The position numbers and the translations under genes were made by a program. Shown here piece by piece: positions 20,000 through 30,664 of a stretch of 64,000 nt of DNA. Below the pieces are notes generated by a model. The model made no database searches. It worked only from the letters and a program-made list of their open reading frames with translations, and was not told the origin of the DNA. The number at the start of each line of letters is the position of its first letter. Position 1 is the stretch's first letter. The stretch is from an uncultured Desulfatitalea sp. Lineage in GTDB: Bacteria; Desulfobacterota; Desulfobacteria; Desulfobacterales; Desulfosarcinaceae. The DNA lies in NCBI GenBank assembly GCA_963668675.2, contig CAXXMB010000002.1, positions 512,001 to 576,000 of the forward strand, read 5' to 3'.

Positions 20000-21247
20000 C
20001 TACCCGTTTGACGCCTGTAGGTGCCGGTGTACATTCCCGAGCCCTTCAAGCTTGTACTGTTTGACCGAGGCGAAATGCTCGAAGATCTCCGCGGATTGGC
20101 GATTCAATTCGATCATCTGCGGATCGTCCAGTTCAACGCTGAACCCCTCATAAAACGGGCCGAAACGAATGGGCTGCCCCCTGTATTGATCGTGGATGGC
20201 CGTTCGGGGATGGGCCAGCAGCCACCGGAGCTGCATGTTTTTAAATGCCCCGGTCGGAAGGCGTTTCATAAAGGATTCCAACTCCTTCACATCCTGTTGG
20301 GTCAGATTGTTCCACCCCACGATGGCATTGCCATTGGCGCGGATGCCGCCTTCAGAGCAGATCTCCATGCTCTGGATGATCTCATCCGGCCCGAATCCTT
20401 TGTCGACATGGGCCAGCATCCGCTTGGTGGGAAACTCCACCCCGAATCCCAGCACCATATCGGGGAAACGGCCGCCGCAATCGATGATGGCCTCTTTCAG
20501 AGCGCGGTTCTCGGCGTCGGCCGCCCGCATGAAGGTGCGGTATTCGAATCCGTTTCCGCAGGGCAGTGCCGGAAACAGTTCCCGGATCAGCCGGGGCTCA
20601 ATGGAACCGGTATTCAGGCGCACCAGTTTGGTGCCTTCGAAGTCGAGGGCTTTAAATTCGAAATCCATCTTTCGACGCCGACGCACATGCCTGAGATCGT
20701 GCAGCCCGATGTTGCAATAGATGCAGCGTCGCCAGAAACAGGCGTTGTCGAGCGTATAGGAGAAGTAGATCCGGCTTCCGGTGGGGATGTCTGTGGGGAT
20801 CTCCAGGCGCCAGGGGCCGGGAAAATCGTCTACGCCAAACCACTGTTCGACACTCTTGCCGGTAAGGGTCAGGTTGGGGGGGATGGCATCGGGATCCTCC
20901 ACGCGGACATAGGCGGGATCCCACCCAGGGCTCTCGATATCGCACTCCGAGGCCACCGGACCACCGACCACGAAGTGGATGTCGGGATGCTGGCAGGCCC
21001 ATACCCAGCACTGATAGAGATGATTAACATCCAGAGCACTTACATGGATGGTTCCCTTGGATATGGGCAGCGGCTTGGCTGCATAGCGATCATAATCGTA
21101 CCAGTGACGGCTGTCCGGTTCATCCTTCATCCATACAAAGTCACCATGATTGCGGCAAAGGTCGTAGGTATCGGAAAATCCATTGAGCAGGTTGTAGATG
21201 GTGCTCTTTCTGCGGCTGTAAAACTGGAGGAACAGCGTGTCGGTCAT
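20000..21247 (-). CDS. Radical SAM-like protein
   Basis: CFWRRCIYC (CX4CX2C), VVGGP, FGVE, KG and VG motifs reminiscent of B12-associated radical SAM enzymes. Confidence 0.65.
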   Translation of the reverse strand: MTDTLFLQFYSRRKSTIYNLLNGFSDTYDLCRNHGDFVWMKDEPDSRHWYDYDRYAAKPLPISKGTIHVSALDVNHLYQCWVWACQHPDIHFVVGGPVASECDIESPGWDPAYVRVEDPDAIPPNLTLTGKSVEQWFGVDDFPGPWRLEIPTDIPTGSRIYFSYTLDNACFWRRCIYCNIGLHDLRHVRRRRKMDFEFKALDFEGTKLVRLNTGSIEPRLIRELFPALPCGNGFEYRTFMRAADAENRALKEAIIDCGGRFPDMVLGFGVEFPTKRMLAHVDKGFGPDEIIQSMEICSEGGIRANGNAIVGWNNLTQQDVKELESFMKRLPTGAFKNMQLRWLLAHPRTAIHDQYRGQPIRFGPFYEGFSVELDDPQMIELNRQSAEIFEHFASVKQYKLEGLGNVHRHLQASNG

Positions 21248-21406
21248 AGGTAATGGGCCCCATTTTTCGATGTATGGTTCGATGGGAGATTGACGCGTGA
21301 CAAAACTTGCCTATCTCAAAACCGTCATTGATTGAATGTCGAGGGCCGGCGGGTGTAGAATCGCGGGCTTGCTGCGGTGAGCCTCTATACATCCGCTCAA
21401 TTAAGT

Positions 21407-21435
21407 TTGTCACCTCATCGGCTTCGTGATATATT
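21407..21435 (+). promoter_or_regulatory. Putative sigma70 promoter for the GshB-like operon
   Basis: TTGTCA-17 bp-TATATT with extended TG. Confidence 0.5.
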
Positions 21436-21585
21436 TGGTAATTCGTTAGCGTCCCGGAAGACCATCCGAAAGGTGATGCCGCGATTTTATGAAGATTTCA
21501 TGCGAGGCACTCCGGCATTAGAGCGGCCGACGACCGGATTTCAGCAATATGCACTCTTTTTCAACCCTAAACTGCAGGGAAAAAG

Positions 21586-22602
21586 ATGATCATTGCCTTT
21601 CTGATGGACCGACTCGAATCGATCATTCCGGCCTACGAGACCACCAGCCACCTGATGTACGAATGCAATCAGCGCGGGCACAATGTCTTCTTCCTCGAAC
21701 CTCACGATGTCTATATCCGTGGTAACAAGGTCGTGGCACGCATGCGCAACATCACCGTTCCGCCGGGCATGCCGATGGCCCACTATTGGCAGGCGTTGAT
21801 CGATTGCCTCCAAAGGGATGAACTGATCTTCGAAACCATCAGCGACCTGGACGCTCTGTTCCTTCGCAAAGACCCGCCGCTCAACTACCAGACCCTGGAG
21901 TTTCTCCAACCGGTGAACCATAAGGTGTTCATGATCAACCGGACCACAGGGCAGGTGCTGGGCAACAGCAAGCTCTACACCCTTAACTTTCCCGACATTA
22001 TTCCGGAAACCCACGTTTCACGCGATCCTAAGCGTCTGGCCAAGATCATCGAGGATTTCGGCGGTGCCATGGTGGTCAAGCCGTTGCAGCGCTTTGGCGG
22101 CGAAGGCGTCATCAAGGTCAGCACCAGGGACCGCGAGAACCTCGTCTCATTGATCAACTACTACACGCGCTCCAGCCGGCCGTATGCCGACCGTGAAGCG
22201 ATCATGGTGCAGGAGTACCTCGAAGCGGGCCAACGCGAGGGGGACGTTCGCATTCTTCTGCTCAATGGGGAGATATTGGGCGCCATGCGGCGGGTTCCCA
22301 GAAAGGGCGAATTCCGGTCCAATGTCAAGGCCGGTGGCAAGGTTCTCCCACACGAGATCACCCCGAGGGAGAGAGAGATCTGCGAACGGATCAAGAATCG
22401 CCTCATCGTCGACGGGCTCTATTTTGTGGGCATCGACATCATTGGAGACAAGCTGATCGAAGTCAATTGCGTGTCGCCCGGCGGTATTCCGCGCATCAAT
22501 GCGTTGAACGGTGTCCGTCTTGAAACCCAGGTAATCGACTTCGTGGAACAAAAAGTGAGCGAAAACGGAACGCATCCCAGTCTGAGGGCCGTCCATGACT
22601 GA
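21586..22602 (+). CDS. Glutathione synthetase-like ATP-grasp ligase
   Basis: FLMD, FLRKDPP, KP...GGEG, VQEYL, GDVRI, FRSN, FVGIDIIG, IEVNCVSP. Confidence 0.85.
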   Translation: MIIAFLMDRLESIIPAYETTSHLMYECNQRGHNVFFLEPHDVYIRGNKVVARMRNITVPPGMPMAHYWQALIDCLQRDELIFETISDLDALFLRKDPPLNYQTLEFLQPVNHKVFMINRTTGQVLGNSKLYTLNFPDIIPETHVSRDPKRLAKIIEDFGGAMVVKPLQRFGGEGVIKVSTRDRENLVSLINYYTRSSRPYADREAIMVQEYLEAGQREGDVRILLLNGEILGAMRRVPRKGEFRSNVKAGGKVLPHEITPREREICERIKNRLIVDGLYFVGIDIIGDKLIEVNCVSPGGIPRINALNGVRLETQVIDFVEQKVSENGTHPSLRAVHD

Positions 22603-24343
22603 TCTTTTTCGACACCTCGCAACACGCCTGCGTTCGATTGCCATTGCCGCCCTGTTGATCTTCCCGCTGGCAGTCAGCTCCTGCAGCTCCTCGGACCACA
22701 TCAAGGGCGTGGTGCGCATCGGTCTGCCGGAAGAGCCGCGGACCTTGAATGTCTTTCTGGCCAGTGACGCCAATACGCACAAAGTCCTGCGCCAAATCTA
22801 CCAGCCCCTCTATGAAGATCACCCAGAGACCCTTGCGATCATTCCGTGGCTGGCGGCGGAGCTGCCCGTCTACAATCCCGATCAGAAGTCCTATACCGTC
22901 ACCTTGAGGCCGGCGCGCTGGTCGGACGGTCGCGAGCTGACCTCTGCCGATGTCGCTTTTACGGCCCGCCTCATCCAGGAGTTCAAGCTTCCACGCCTCT
23001 CCTCTCGTTGGAATCAGGTGGAGCGAATCGAGACGCCGGACGCCGCCACGGTGGTTTTTTATCTGAAAAAGCCGATTGCCACCTTTCTTACGCGTACACT
23101 CGAGGCACCCATCGTGCCTGCGCATCAGTGGGCGCCCATCGCCGAAGCGGCCCGCAAAAAGAAAAAGCCGCTGTCCGCTCTGCTGAACCATGAAATAGAG
23201 GCTCCCATCGGATCGGGCCCTTTCGTGCTGAAAAAGTGGGGCCACGGCGACTATCTCTACTTTGAAAAAAACCCCCACTACTTTGCCGCAAATCAAACCA
23301 TCGGCAACCGAACGCTGGGGCCCTATGTAAATGGCATGCTGTTTAAAATATACGGCACCACCGATGTGGCCATGCTGGCCCTGCGACGCGGTGAAATAGA
23401 CATGTTCTGGCAGGGCATTCAGCCCGGCTACATCGATATCCTGAAACGGACGCCGGGCATCAAGGTTTATTTGACCCCCAAAAGCGCCCTCTACTATATG
23501 GGCATGAACAACCGGCGTCCCCCGTTCGATGACATCCACCTGCGCCGGGCGGTCGCCGTTCTGATCGACAAAGACTTCATCGTCAAGCGCCTCCTGCAGG
23601 GGCGCGGCACCAAGATGTTCTCCATCATACCGCCCGGTAACGAAAAGTGGTGCAATCCCGATCTGCCGCACTATGCAGACGGCCAAACGAGAGAGGTGCG
23701 CATCCGCACGGCTCATGAAATGCTCTCCCGAGCCGGCTACAGTTGGAAAACGGCTCCGGTCGACGCAGAGGGCAACATCGTCCCCGCAGAGGGCATGCGA
23801 CTGCCCGATGGTCAACCCATGGCACCGTTCACCATCCTGACGCCACCGGCCGATTATGACCCGGCCAGGGCCATCAGCGGTACCATGATTCAGGAGTGGC
23901 TGCGTGCCTTAGGCATGCCTGCCTCAGCGCGTCCCATGGAGTTCAGCTCTCTGATCGACCAGATCAAAAATCGCCGCGAATTCGATGCCTTTATTCTGGG
24001 GTATGGCCGGCTCTCACTTGACCCCGCATACCTGGGCTCCTTTTTCAGTTCAATAAATGACAAACCACGCGGATGGAACATGGGCGGTTACCACAACGAC
24101 CATTTCGACCGCCTTGCCACAAGCGCCGACACTGAAATGGAATTTACGGCCAGACGACAAATCATCCTTGAGATGCAGAAAATTATCATAGACGATGTGC
24201 CTTACATCCCGCTGTATGTTCCCAATCTGATCGAAGCCGTGCGAACGGATCGCTTTCAAGGTTGGGTTCCCATGCTCGACGGGATCGGCAACCGTTGGTC
24301 GTTTAACGAAATCAAGCCCAACCCGTCGTTGCCGGGTGCTTGA
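22595..24343 (+). CDS. ABC transporter substrate-binding lipoprotein (family 5, Opp/Dpp)
   Basis: Probable lipobox, WSDG...T..DV.FT, PIGSGPF, RRA, DVPYIPLY; overlaps the upstream ligase gene by 8 bp. Confidence 0.92.
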   Translation: MTDLFRHLATRLRSIAIAALLIFPLAVSSCSSSDHIKGVVRIGLPEEPRTLNVFLASDANTHKVLRQIYQPLYEDHPETLAIIPWLAAELPVYNPDQKSYTVTLRPARWSDGRELTSADVAFTARLIQEFKLPRLSSRWNQVERIETPDAATVVFYLKKPIATFLTRTLEAPIVPAHQWAPIAEAARKKKKPLSALLNHEIEAPIGSGPFVLKKWGHGDYLYFEKNPHYFAANQTIGNRTLGPYVNGMLFKIYGTTDVAMLALRRGEIDMFWQGIQPGYIDILKRTPGIKVYLTPKSALYYMGMNNRRPPFDDIHLRRAVAVLIDKDFIVKRLLQGRGTKMFSIIPPGNEKWCNPDLPHYADGQTREVRIRTAHEMLSRAGYSWKTAPVDAEGNIVPAEGMRLPDGQPMAPFTILTPPADYDPARAISGTMIQEWLRALGMPASARPMEFSSLIDQIKNRREFDAFILGYGRLSLDPAYLGSFFSSINDKPRGWNMGGYHNDHFDRLATSADTEMEFTARRQIILEMQKIIIDDVPYIPLYVPNLIEAVRTDRFQGWVPMLDGIGNRWSFNEIKPNPSLPGA

Positions 24344-24360
24344 CGTGTAACATTTTGCCT

Positions 24361-25338
24361 ATGACGCTGAATCGCTATATCTTACGTCGTTTGATCGAAA
24401 TCGGGATCAGCTTCTTCATCATCCTGACCGGTCTGTTTCTGCTGTTTCACCTCGCCCCTGGTGACCCGGTGGCACGCATGGTGGACCCCAGCATGACGGC
24501 CGAGGATGAGTTGCGGCTGATCGCCCAACTGGGGCTCGACCAACCCCTCTGGCATCAGTACCTCAAATTTGTGGCCAACTTTTTCAGTGGCAATTTCGGT
24601 ATCTCCTTCCATTACGGCAAACCGGTTTCGCAAGTCATCGCCGACCGGTTGCCCAATACCATTCTGCTCTTTACGACAGCGGTGATCCTCTCCGCACTGG
24701 CCGGCGTGTGGCTGGGAAAAACCATCGCATGGCTCAAGGGACGCCCGATCGACACGGCTGTCACGATCGGTGCGCTGGTGTGCCATACCCTGTTCCTGCC
24801 ATGGATCGCCCTGCTGATCATCTGGCTTTTGGGATACCAGTGGGGATGGTTTCCCATCACCGGCATGATATCGCCCGAAGTCTGGATCGACCCCGGGGCA
24901 ACGCTACTGGCCAAGTCGATTGATGTGCTCCACCATATGGTGCTGCCCATGCTGACTCTTTTTCTGATCCACTTCGGCAGCTACCTGCTGATCATGCGCA
25001 GCAGCATGCTCGACACCCTGGCAGAAGACTACATCTACACCGCCCGCGCCAAAGGACTGCCCGAACGAATGATTCGCGACCGGCATGCGGCCCCCAATGC
25101 CGCCCTGCCGGTGGTGACCAGCGTCGGTCTCAGCCTCGCCTTTTCGATCAACGGCGGCGCCCTGACCGAAAAGGTCTTCTCATGGCCAGGTATCGGACGC
25201 GAGCTGGTCTTCGCCGTCAGCAACAATGACTATCCGTTGGCGTTGGGCTGCTTTCTGCTCATCGCCGCGGTCGTGCTGCTGGCCAACCTGGTGGTGGACG
25301 TGCTGTACGCTTTTTTAGATCCGAGGATACGTTACTGA
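24361..25338 (+). CDS. ABC peptide permease (OppB/DppB)
   Basis: PGDP, LGLDQP, TARAKGL, FSWPGIG, LDPRI. Confidence 0.93.
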   Translation: MTLNRYILRRLIEIGISFFIILTGLFLLFHLAPGDPVARMVDPSMTAEDELRLIAQLGLDQPLWHQYLKFVANFFSGNFGISFHYGKPVSQVIADRLPNTILLFTTAVILSALAGVWLGKTIAWLKGRPIDTAVTIGALVCHTLFLPWIALLIIWLLGYQWGWFPITGMISPEVWIDPGATLLAKSIDVLHHMVLPMLTLFLIHFGSYLLIMRSSMLDTLAEDYIYTARAKGLPERMIRDRHAAPNAALPVVTSVGLSLAFSINGGALTEKVFSWPGIGRELVFAVSNNDYPLALGCFLLIAAVVLLANLVVDVLYAFLDPRIRY

Positions 25339-26279
25339 TGGCCAAAGCAGACACAACTGTGCATACGTTGGGCACCTCTGATCTACCTGAGCCCTACTGG
25401 CAAAGCGCTTTCATGGACAATTGGGGGGTGTTGAGCCGGCACACCATCGGCAGGATCGGTCTGGCGTTGCTGGCCCTTTTCGCACTAATGGCCATCGGCA
25501 GCTTCATTCCGCCGCTGATCGACCCTATCTACAACCCCATGAGCGGAGTGGATCCTGGTATCTCTTATGCCAGCGCACCAAGTTGGAAGCATTGGCTGGG
25601 CACCGACTTCATCGGCAGGGATATCTTCAGCCAGCTGCTGGCCGGTGCCCGGATTGCCTTTTTGGTCGGCATTTCGGCCGCTTTCATCAGCATATTTCTG
25701 GGAACCGCCATCGGCATCGTAGCCGGCTACGCCGGTCGCTGGACCGACACGGTACTCATGCGCATGGCCGACATCGTAATGGTGATGCCCACACTGCTGG
25801 TGCTGCTGATCATGTCGGCGCTCTTCGGGCAACTCAACATCTGGACCATCGTCCTGTTGATCGCCCTGTTTCGGTGGCCGGGGGTATCGCGTGTGATCCG
25901 TGCCCAGACGCTCACATTGAAACACCGGCCGTTCATCGAGGCCGCCAAGATCGCAGGCGCATCCCACCTGCGTATCATTGTGCGTCACCTGCTGCCCAAT
26001 GTGCTGCCGCTGGCCCTGCTCTACATGACCTTCCGAGTCACATCAGCCATCGTCATCGAAGCCGCCCTGGCTTTTCTCGGATTCGGAGATCCCGGCACGG
26101 TCAGCTGGGGCATGATGCTGCAGTGGGTGTGGAAGACCGGACACATGTTCCAAGCGCCTTGGTGGCTGCTGCCGCCGGGCATTTGCATCTCCCTGCTGAC
26201 TCTGGCGTTCTATATGTTGGGCCGGGCACTGGAGGAGGTGTTGGATCCCAGACTGCGCCGGGAAGATCCCGAGGAGTAG
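25338..26279 (+). CDS. ABC peptide permease (OppC/DppC)
   Basis: HWLGTD..GRD, EAAKIAG, HLLPN, SWG.ML, LDPR. Confidence 0.93.
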   Translation: MAKADTTVHTLGTSDLPEPYWQSAFMDNWGVLSRHTIGRIGLALLALFALMAIGSFIPPLIDPIYNPMSGVDPGISYASAPSWKHWLGTDFIGRDIFSQLLAGARIAFLVGISAAFISIFLGTAIGIVAGYAGRWTDTVLMRMADIVMVMPTLLVLLIMSALFGQLNIWTIVLLIALFRWPGVSRVIRAQTLTLKHRPFIEAAKIAGASHLRIIVRHLLPNVLPLALLYMTFRVTSAIVIEAALAFLGFGDPGTVSWGMMLQWVWKTGHMFQAPWWLLPPGICISLLTLAFYMLGRALEEVLDPRLRREDPEE

Positions 26280-26294
26280 ATTGCCAGAGGCCCT

Positions 26295-27275
26295 ATGGAC
26301 TGCTTACTTGAAATCAAAAATCTGACCATCGCCTACCGTACCGGCGGAGGGCACTCCACCACGGCTGTGGATGGTGTATCGCTGAACCTGTCGAAGGGAG
26401 AGTCCCTGGGTTTGGTGGGTGAGTCAGGCAGCGGAAAATCGACCATCGGGGCCGCCGTCATGGGATTGCTGCCCCGAAATGCCGAAATCGTCAGCGGCGA
26501 AATTCTCTTCAATGGAGATGATCTTCTGCGAACCGATGCCGAAACGCTTCGCCAATTGCGATGGAAGCAGCTCTCCATGATCTTCCAGGCCGCCATGAAC
26601 GCACTCAACCCGATCCAGCGGGTGGGAGACCAGATCGTCGAGGCCATCCGTGTTCACGAACCGGAAACCGGTCCAGCCCAGGCCCTGGGGCGGGTGGAGA
26701 CACTGTTCCACCAGATGGGGATTCCCCTGGAGCGGCTGCGCCACTTCCCGCACCAGTACAGTGGCGGCATGCGGCAGCGCGCCATCATTGCCATGGCGCT
26801 GGCCTGCAACCCCCAGCTGATCATCGCCGATGAACCAACCACCGCACTGGATGTCATCGTCCAGGATCAGATACTAAAAACGATCTTGGCGCTGCAAAAG
26901 GAGCTGTCGCTTGCCATCCTCTTCATCTCTCACGATATCGCCGTTATCGCCGATGTGTGCCACCATGTGGGTGTGATGTACGCCGGCCAGATCGTAGAGA
27001 TCGGATCAAGCGAGGAGGTGTTCGCAACCCCCGGGCACCCTTATACTCAGGCGCTGCTCGGTGCGCACATCACTCTGTCCCATGATGAAAAGGCGCCTCG
27101 GGCAATTATGGACAATTCAATCGATACGCAAGAGGTGGATATCGGCTGCCGATTTGCGCCCCGGTGCCCTTCGGTCAAAGCCGAGTGTCACAAGACGGCG
27201 CCCCAGTGGTTAAAACGGTCGGAGACGCATTGGATCAGGTGCCCGATGGCTCCCGCGAAAAACTCAGAGGCGTAG
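26295..27275 (+). CDS. ABC peptide ATPase (OppD/DppD)
   Basis: [23 protein letters not shown]-terminal GCRFAPRC. Confidence 0.93.
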   Translation: MDCLLEIKNLTIAYRTGGGHSTTAVDGVSLNLSKGESLGLVGESGSGKSTIGAAVMGLLPRNAEIVSGEILFNGDDLLRTDAETLRQLRWKQLSMIFQAAMNALNPIQRVGDQIVEAIRVHEPETGPAQALGRVETLFHQMGIPLERLRHFPHQYSGGMRQRAIIAMALACNPQLIIADEPTTALDVIVQDQILKTILALQKELSLAILFISHDIAVIADVCHHVGVMYAGQIVEIGSSEEVFATPGHPYTQALLGAHITLSHDEKAPRAIMDNSIDTQEVDIGCRFAPRCPSVKAECHKTAPQWLKRSETHWIRCPMAPAKNSEA

Positions 27276-27350
27276 ACAGGAATAGAAAATCCCCCCTTGA
27301 AAAAGGGGGATAGGGTTAATCATCTTAGAACAGAGATATTCGTACCGCCA

Positions 27351-28343
27351 ATGACGGATTCACAAAAAGCAACGCCTGCCATCAACCTTGAACAGGTCAC
27401 ACGCGTCTACCATACCGGTGGGCACTGGTTCGCCCCGGCCGGCACCACTGTGACCGCACTGAACCAGGTCGACCTGAGCATCAACACAGGTGAAATCTTC
27501 GGCCTGGTGGGCGAGAGCGGCAGTGGAAAAACTACGGTGGCCCGCCTGATGGAGCGCCTGGAGCGCCCGGATGAAGGCAGCATTCTATATGAGGGGGAGA
27601 ACATCTTCAAGCTGCGCGGTGAGCGGTTGAGGCGATTTCGGCGGCGGGTTCAGATGATTTTCCAGGATCCCTACCAATCTCTCAACCCCTATCAGTCTGT
27701 GCAACGCATAGTGGGAGAGCCGCTTGCCATCCACAAAGTCAAGAGCGGCGCTGAACGCAAAGAGCAGGTAATCCGCACGCTTGCCCAAGTGGGTCTGACA
27801 CCGGCCGAGACCTACCTGCGTCGATATCCCCACCAGCTTAGCGGCGGGCAGCGCCAGCGTGTGGCCATCGCCCGAGCCCTGGTCCTGGAGCCCGCCCTTT
27901 TGATTGCCGATGAACCCACCTCGATGCTGGATGCTTCCATCGCCATTCAAATCTACGATATTCTCTCCGAGGTGCAGCGACGACACCGGGTCACCATGCT
28001 CTTCATTACCCACAGCCTGGCGGCAGCCCATTTTCTATGCGACCGCTTGGCCGTTATCTACCGGGGCCACATCGTCGAGACCGGACCGGCCAAATCGGTC
28101 ATTGCCAACCCGCGACATCCCTATACCCAGGCGCTCCTGGATGCGCTGCCCAAATACGGGCACCTGTGGGGCGGACGACGATTCGACACGCTGCTCAGTG
28201 AGCCGCGCAGCACTTCATCCACACGAGGCTGCCCCTTCTTCTCCCGGTGTGCCCCGGCAGATCCAAGCCTGTGCGACAACCAAAGGCCACCCTTGAAAAA
28301 AGGAGATGACCAGCACGGGGTTGCCTGCTTCTTCGCCGAATAG
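27351..28343 (+). CDS. ABC peptide ATPase (OppF/DppF)
   Basis: GESGSGKT, LSGGQRQR, IADEPT, HPYT, GCPF..RC; start could be upstream (27297). Confidence 0.92.
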   Translation: MTDSQKATPAINLEQVTRVYHTGGHWFAPAGTTVTALNQVDLSINTGEIFGLVGESGSGKTTVARLMERLERPDEGSILYEGENIFKLRGERLRRFRRRVQMIFQDPYQSLNPYQSVQRIVGEPLAIHKVKSGAERKEQVIRTLAQVGLTPAETYLRRYPHQLSGGQRQRVAIARALVLEPALLIADEPTSMLDASIAIQIYDILSEVQRRHRVTMLFITHSLAAAHFLCDRLAVIYRGHIVETGPAKSVIANPRHPYTQALLDALPKYGHLWGGRRFDTLLSEPRSTSSTRGCPFFSRCAPADPSLCDNQRPPLKKGDDQHGVACFFAE

Positions 28344-28359
28344 GCGCAAGGGTATCGAA

Positions 28360-29142
28360 ATGCAACTGCCATTGGTCCTCTCCATTCCCCACTGCAGCGC
28401 AGCGCTACCGGAAGAGTTGCGGTCCGACATGGCATTGAGCGATCGTGAAATTGCCGAATCGGTTGATTTCGGTAGCCGCGAAATCTTCACGAATGTCGCA
28501 GCACACCACGTCATAGTGGCGCAGTGGAGCAGACTGGTGGTCGATCTCAACCGCAGCCCGACCAACCAAAGCGCCAAGGGCATTGTGGCGCTGAGGGATT
28601 ACCATGGCAGAAGCGTTTTCAAACCGGGCAAAGCACCCTCGGAAAGACAGATTGAGGAGAGGATAAGGCACTATGCCGAGCCCTACCATCAGGCCATTGC
28701 CGCTGCCTTGCAAGATGCGAGGGTGATCGGCCTGATCGACTGCCACTCTTTGAACGGTGTCGGCCCGGCCGATGCACCGGACCGCGGGAGCCTACGCAGG
28801 GATATCACCCTGAGCAACAATGGCGATGGCCAGGGCTGCCTTCAAACCGATGGAAAGCCGCTCACCTGCCCCGCCCGGACGCTGCAAATGGCCTCGGCAG
28901 CCTTCGAGGCCCAGGGATTTTCAGTCTCCCTCAACCACCCCTACCGGGGCGGCCATATCACTCACCATTACGGCGGGTTCCTCCAGTCTCAAAATCGGTT
29001 TGCATTGCAGATTGAGATAAACCAGGATCTTTATATGGAGCGGGATGCAATTATTCCAGATGCCGAACGACTAAGGATCATCACGTTACGGGTAGAGCAG
29101 GCCCTTGTTCAATGGGCCATAGAATTAACAACCCACGATTGA
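28360..29142 (+). CDS. N-formylglutamate amidohydrolase family protein
   Basis: SIPH, SRLVVDLNR, PYH, IDCHS, N.PY.GG.IT, LQIEIN. Confidence 0.88.
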   Translation: MQLPLVLSIPHCSAALPEELRSDMALSDREIAESVDFGSREIFTNVAAHHVIVAQWSRLVVDLNRSPTNQSAKGIVALRDYHGRSVFKPGKAPSERQIEERIRHYAEPYHQAIAAALQDARVIGLIDCHSLNGVGPADAPDRGSLRRDITLSNNGDGQGCLQTDGKPLTCPARTLQMASAAFEAQGFSVSLNHPYRGGHITHHYGGFLQSQNRFALQIEINQDLYMERDAIIPDAERLRIITLRVEQALVQWAIELTTHD

Positions 29143-29233
29143 CCATTCGGAGCTCTCTCGAACGCCGGCAAAAGCGGAACACCCTCTGACTCAAAAGCAA
29201 GGCCGTCTGAAAACGGCATCGAACCGGAGAGCG

Positions 29234-30664
29234 ATGGCGAACAACAACAGGCAAAAAGAGGGACGGCGCAGTGTCCGCAGGATCCTGATCAGTGGTGTCT
29301 TCTGGCGCATTCTGATTATCGAGATGATATTGCTGGTCTACTCCCTTGCGTACCGGGCGTTTACCCAGGATGCTCATGCCGCGGACCTCTTTTGGTATGC
29401 GGTCCGGATTCTCATCCTGGTGACCATTATCATTGCGTTTGTGACCCTCTCCCTGCGCCGCTTTCTCAACCGCCAGATCATCATCCCCCTGGAGGAGATC
29501 TCCAGGGCCAACCGGCATCTCGATACGGACGCCCCCCAGGTCAATCCGGTACCCCTGTCGGAAAACACGCCGGATGAGATCGTGGAGATCGTCGACACAC
29601 GCCAACGCATGCTCGAGTCGATCCTAAAAGTTTCAGCGGATCGGTTGCGGCTGGTGAATTTCATTCGGGACACCTTCGGCCGCTATCTCTCCAAAAAAGT
29701 GGTGGACGAAATCCTGGCCTCACCGGACGGTCACAAGATCGGCGGACGTCGTGAGACTGTCACCGTCCTGATGGCCGATCTGCGCGGGTTCACCCGCATC
29801 GCCGACACCTACGATGCCGAGCAGACCATGGCGCTGCTCAACCGATTCTTCGGGGACATGGCCCGCATCATCCTCTCCTACGACGGCATGATCGACGAGT
29901 TTCTCGGCGACGGCATCCTCACCATTTTCGGCGTGCCCGAGCGTCACGCCGACGACCCTGCCCGGGCCGTGGCATGCGCCCTTGAGATGCAAAACCGCTT
30001 GGTCCGCCTTAACGCTGAAATCGCACAAGAGGGCTATCCTCCCCTCTCCATGGGGATCGGCATCAACACCGGACAGGTCATCGTCGGCAACATCGGCTCC
30101 GAGATTCGAGCCAAGTACGGCATCGTGGGCAATGCGGTCAACATCGCCGCCCGTATCGAATCGATCACCACCGGAGGACAGATCTATATCAGCGATAAAA
30201 CCTTCAGCCGGATTGAAAACACCATCCATGTTGAAGGCCCCGAGACCAATATGATGAAGGGGCTCACCCAACCCCTGGTCTGCTATTCGGTCATGGGGAT
30301 CGGCGCGCCTTTCGATATCGAACTCCATCAACAGAAGAGGCAGGAAGCGCCCGTGGAGATCAATCTGGCGCTGACCTGCTGGCTGGTTTCAGGCAAAAAA
30401 ATCGTGGAGCCGGGCATGGATGGCCAAACCAGTTGTGTAACGGAAGAGGGTCTGGCCATCACCCTCCAACACCCCCTGCCCGCCCAAAGCGATGTCAAGC
30501 TGCAGCTCAACTTCTGCACCGAAGCCCACTGCTTCGATGCGGTATATGCCAAGGTCGTATCGATCGAAACCCAGGGGCGTTTCACCGTCCATCATCTGCG
30601 AATCACCTCCATCGACCCCAAGGACCGCGAACTTCTGATGCAGTGGCACAACGCCGCCGCATAG
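29234..30664 (+). CDS. Membrane-anchored class III nucleotidyl (adenylate/guanylate) cyclase with HAMP-like linker and C-terminal PilZ-like region
   Basis: Two TM helices, TFGRY, MADLRGFT, DEFLGD, GIGINTG, GNAVNIAARIE. Confidence 0.88.
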   Translation: MANNNRQKEGRRSVRRILISGVFWRILIIEMILLVYSLAYRAFTQDAHAADLFWYAVRILILVTIIIAFVTLSLRRFLNRQIIIPLEEISRANRHLDTDAPQVNPVPLSENTPDEIVEIVDTRQRMLESILKVSADRLRLVNFIRDTFGRYLSKKVVDEILASPDGHKIGGRRETVTVLMADLRGFTRIADTYDAEQTMALLNRFFGDMARIILSYDGMIDEFLGDGILTIFGVPERHADDPARAVACALEMQNRLVRLNAEIAQEGYPPLSMGIGINTGQVIVGNIGSEIRAKYGIVGNAVNIAARIESITTGGQIYISDKTFSRIENTIHVEGPETNMMKGLTQPLVCYSVMGIGAPFDIELHQQKRQEAPVEINLALTCWLVSGKKIVEPGMDGQTSCVTEEGLAITLQHPLPAQSDVKLQLNFCTEAHCFDAVYAKVVSIETQGRFTVHHLRITSIDPKDRELLMQWHNAAA

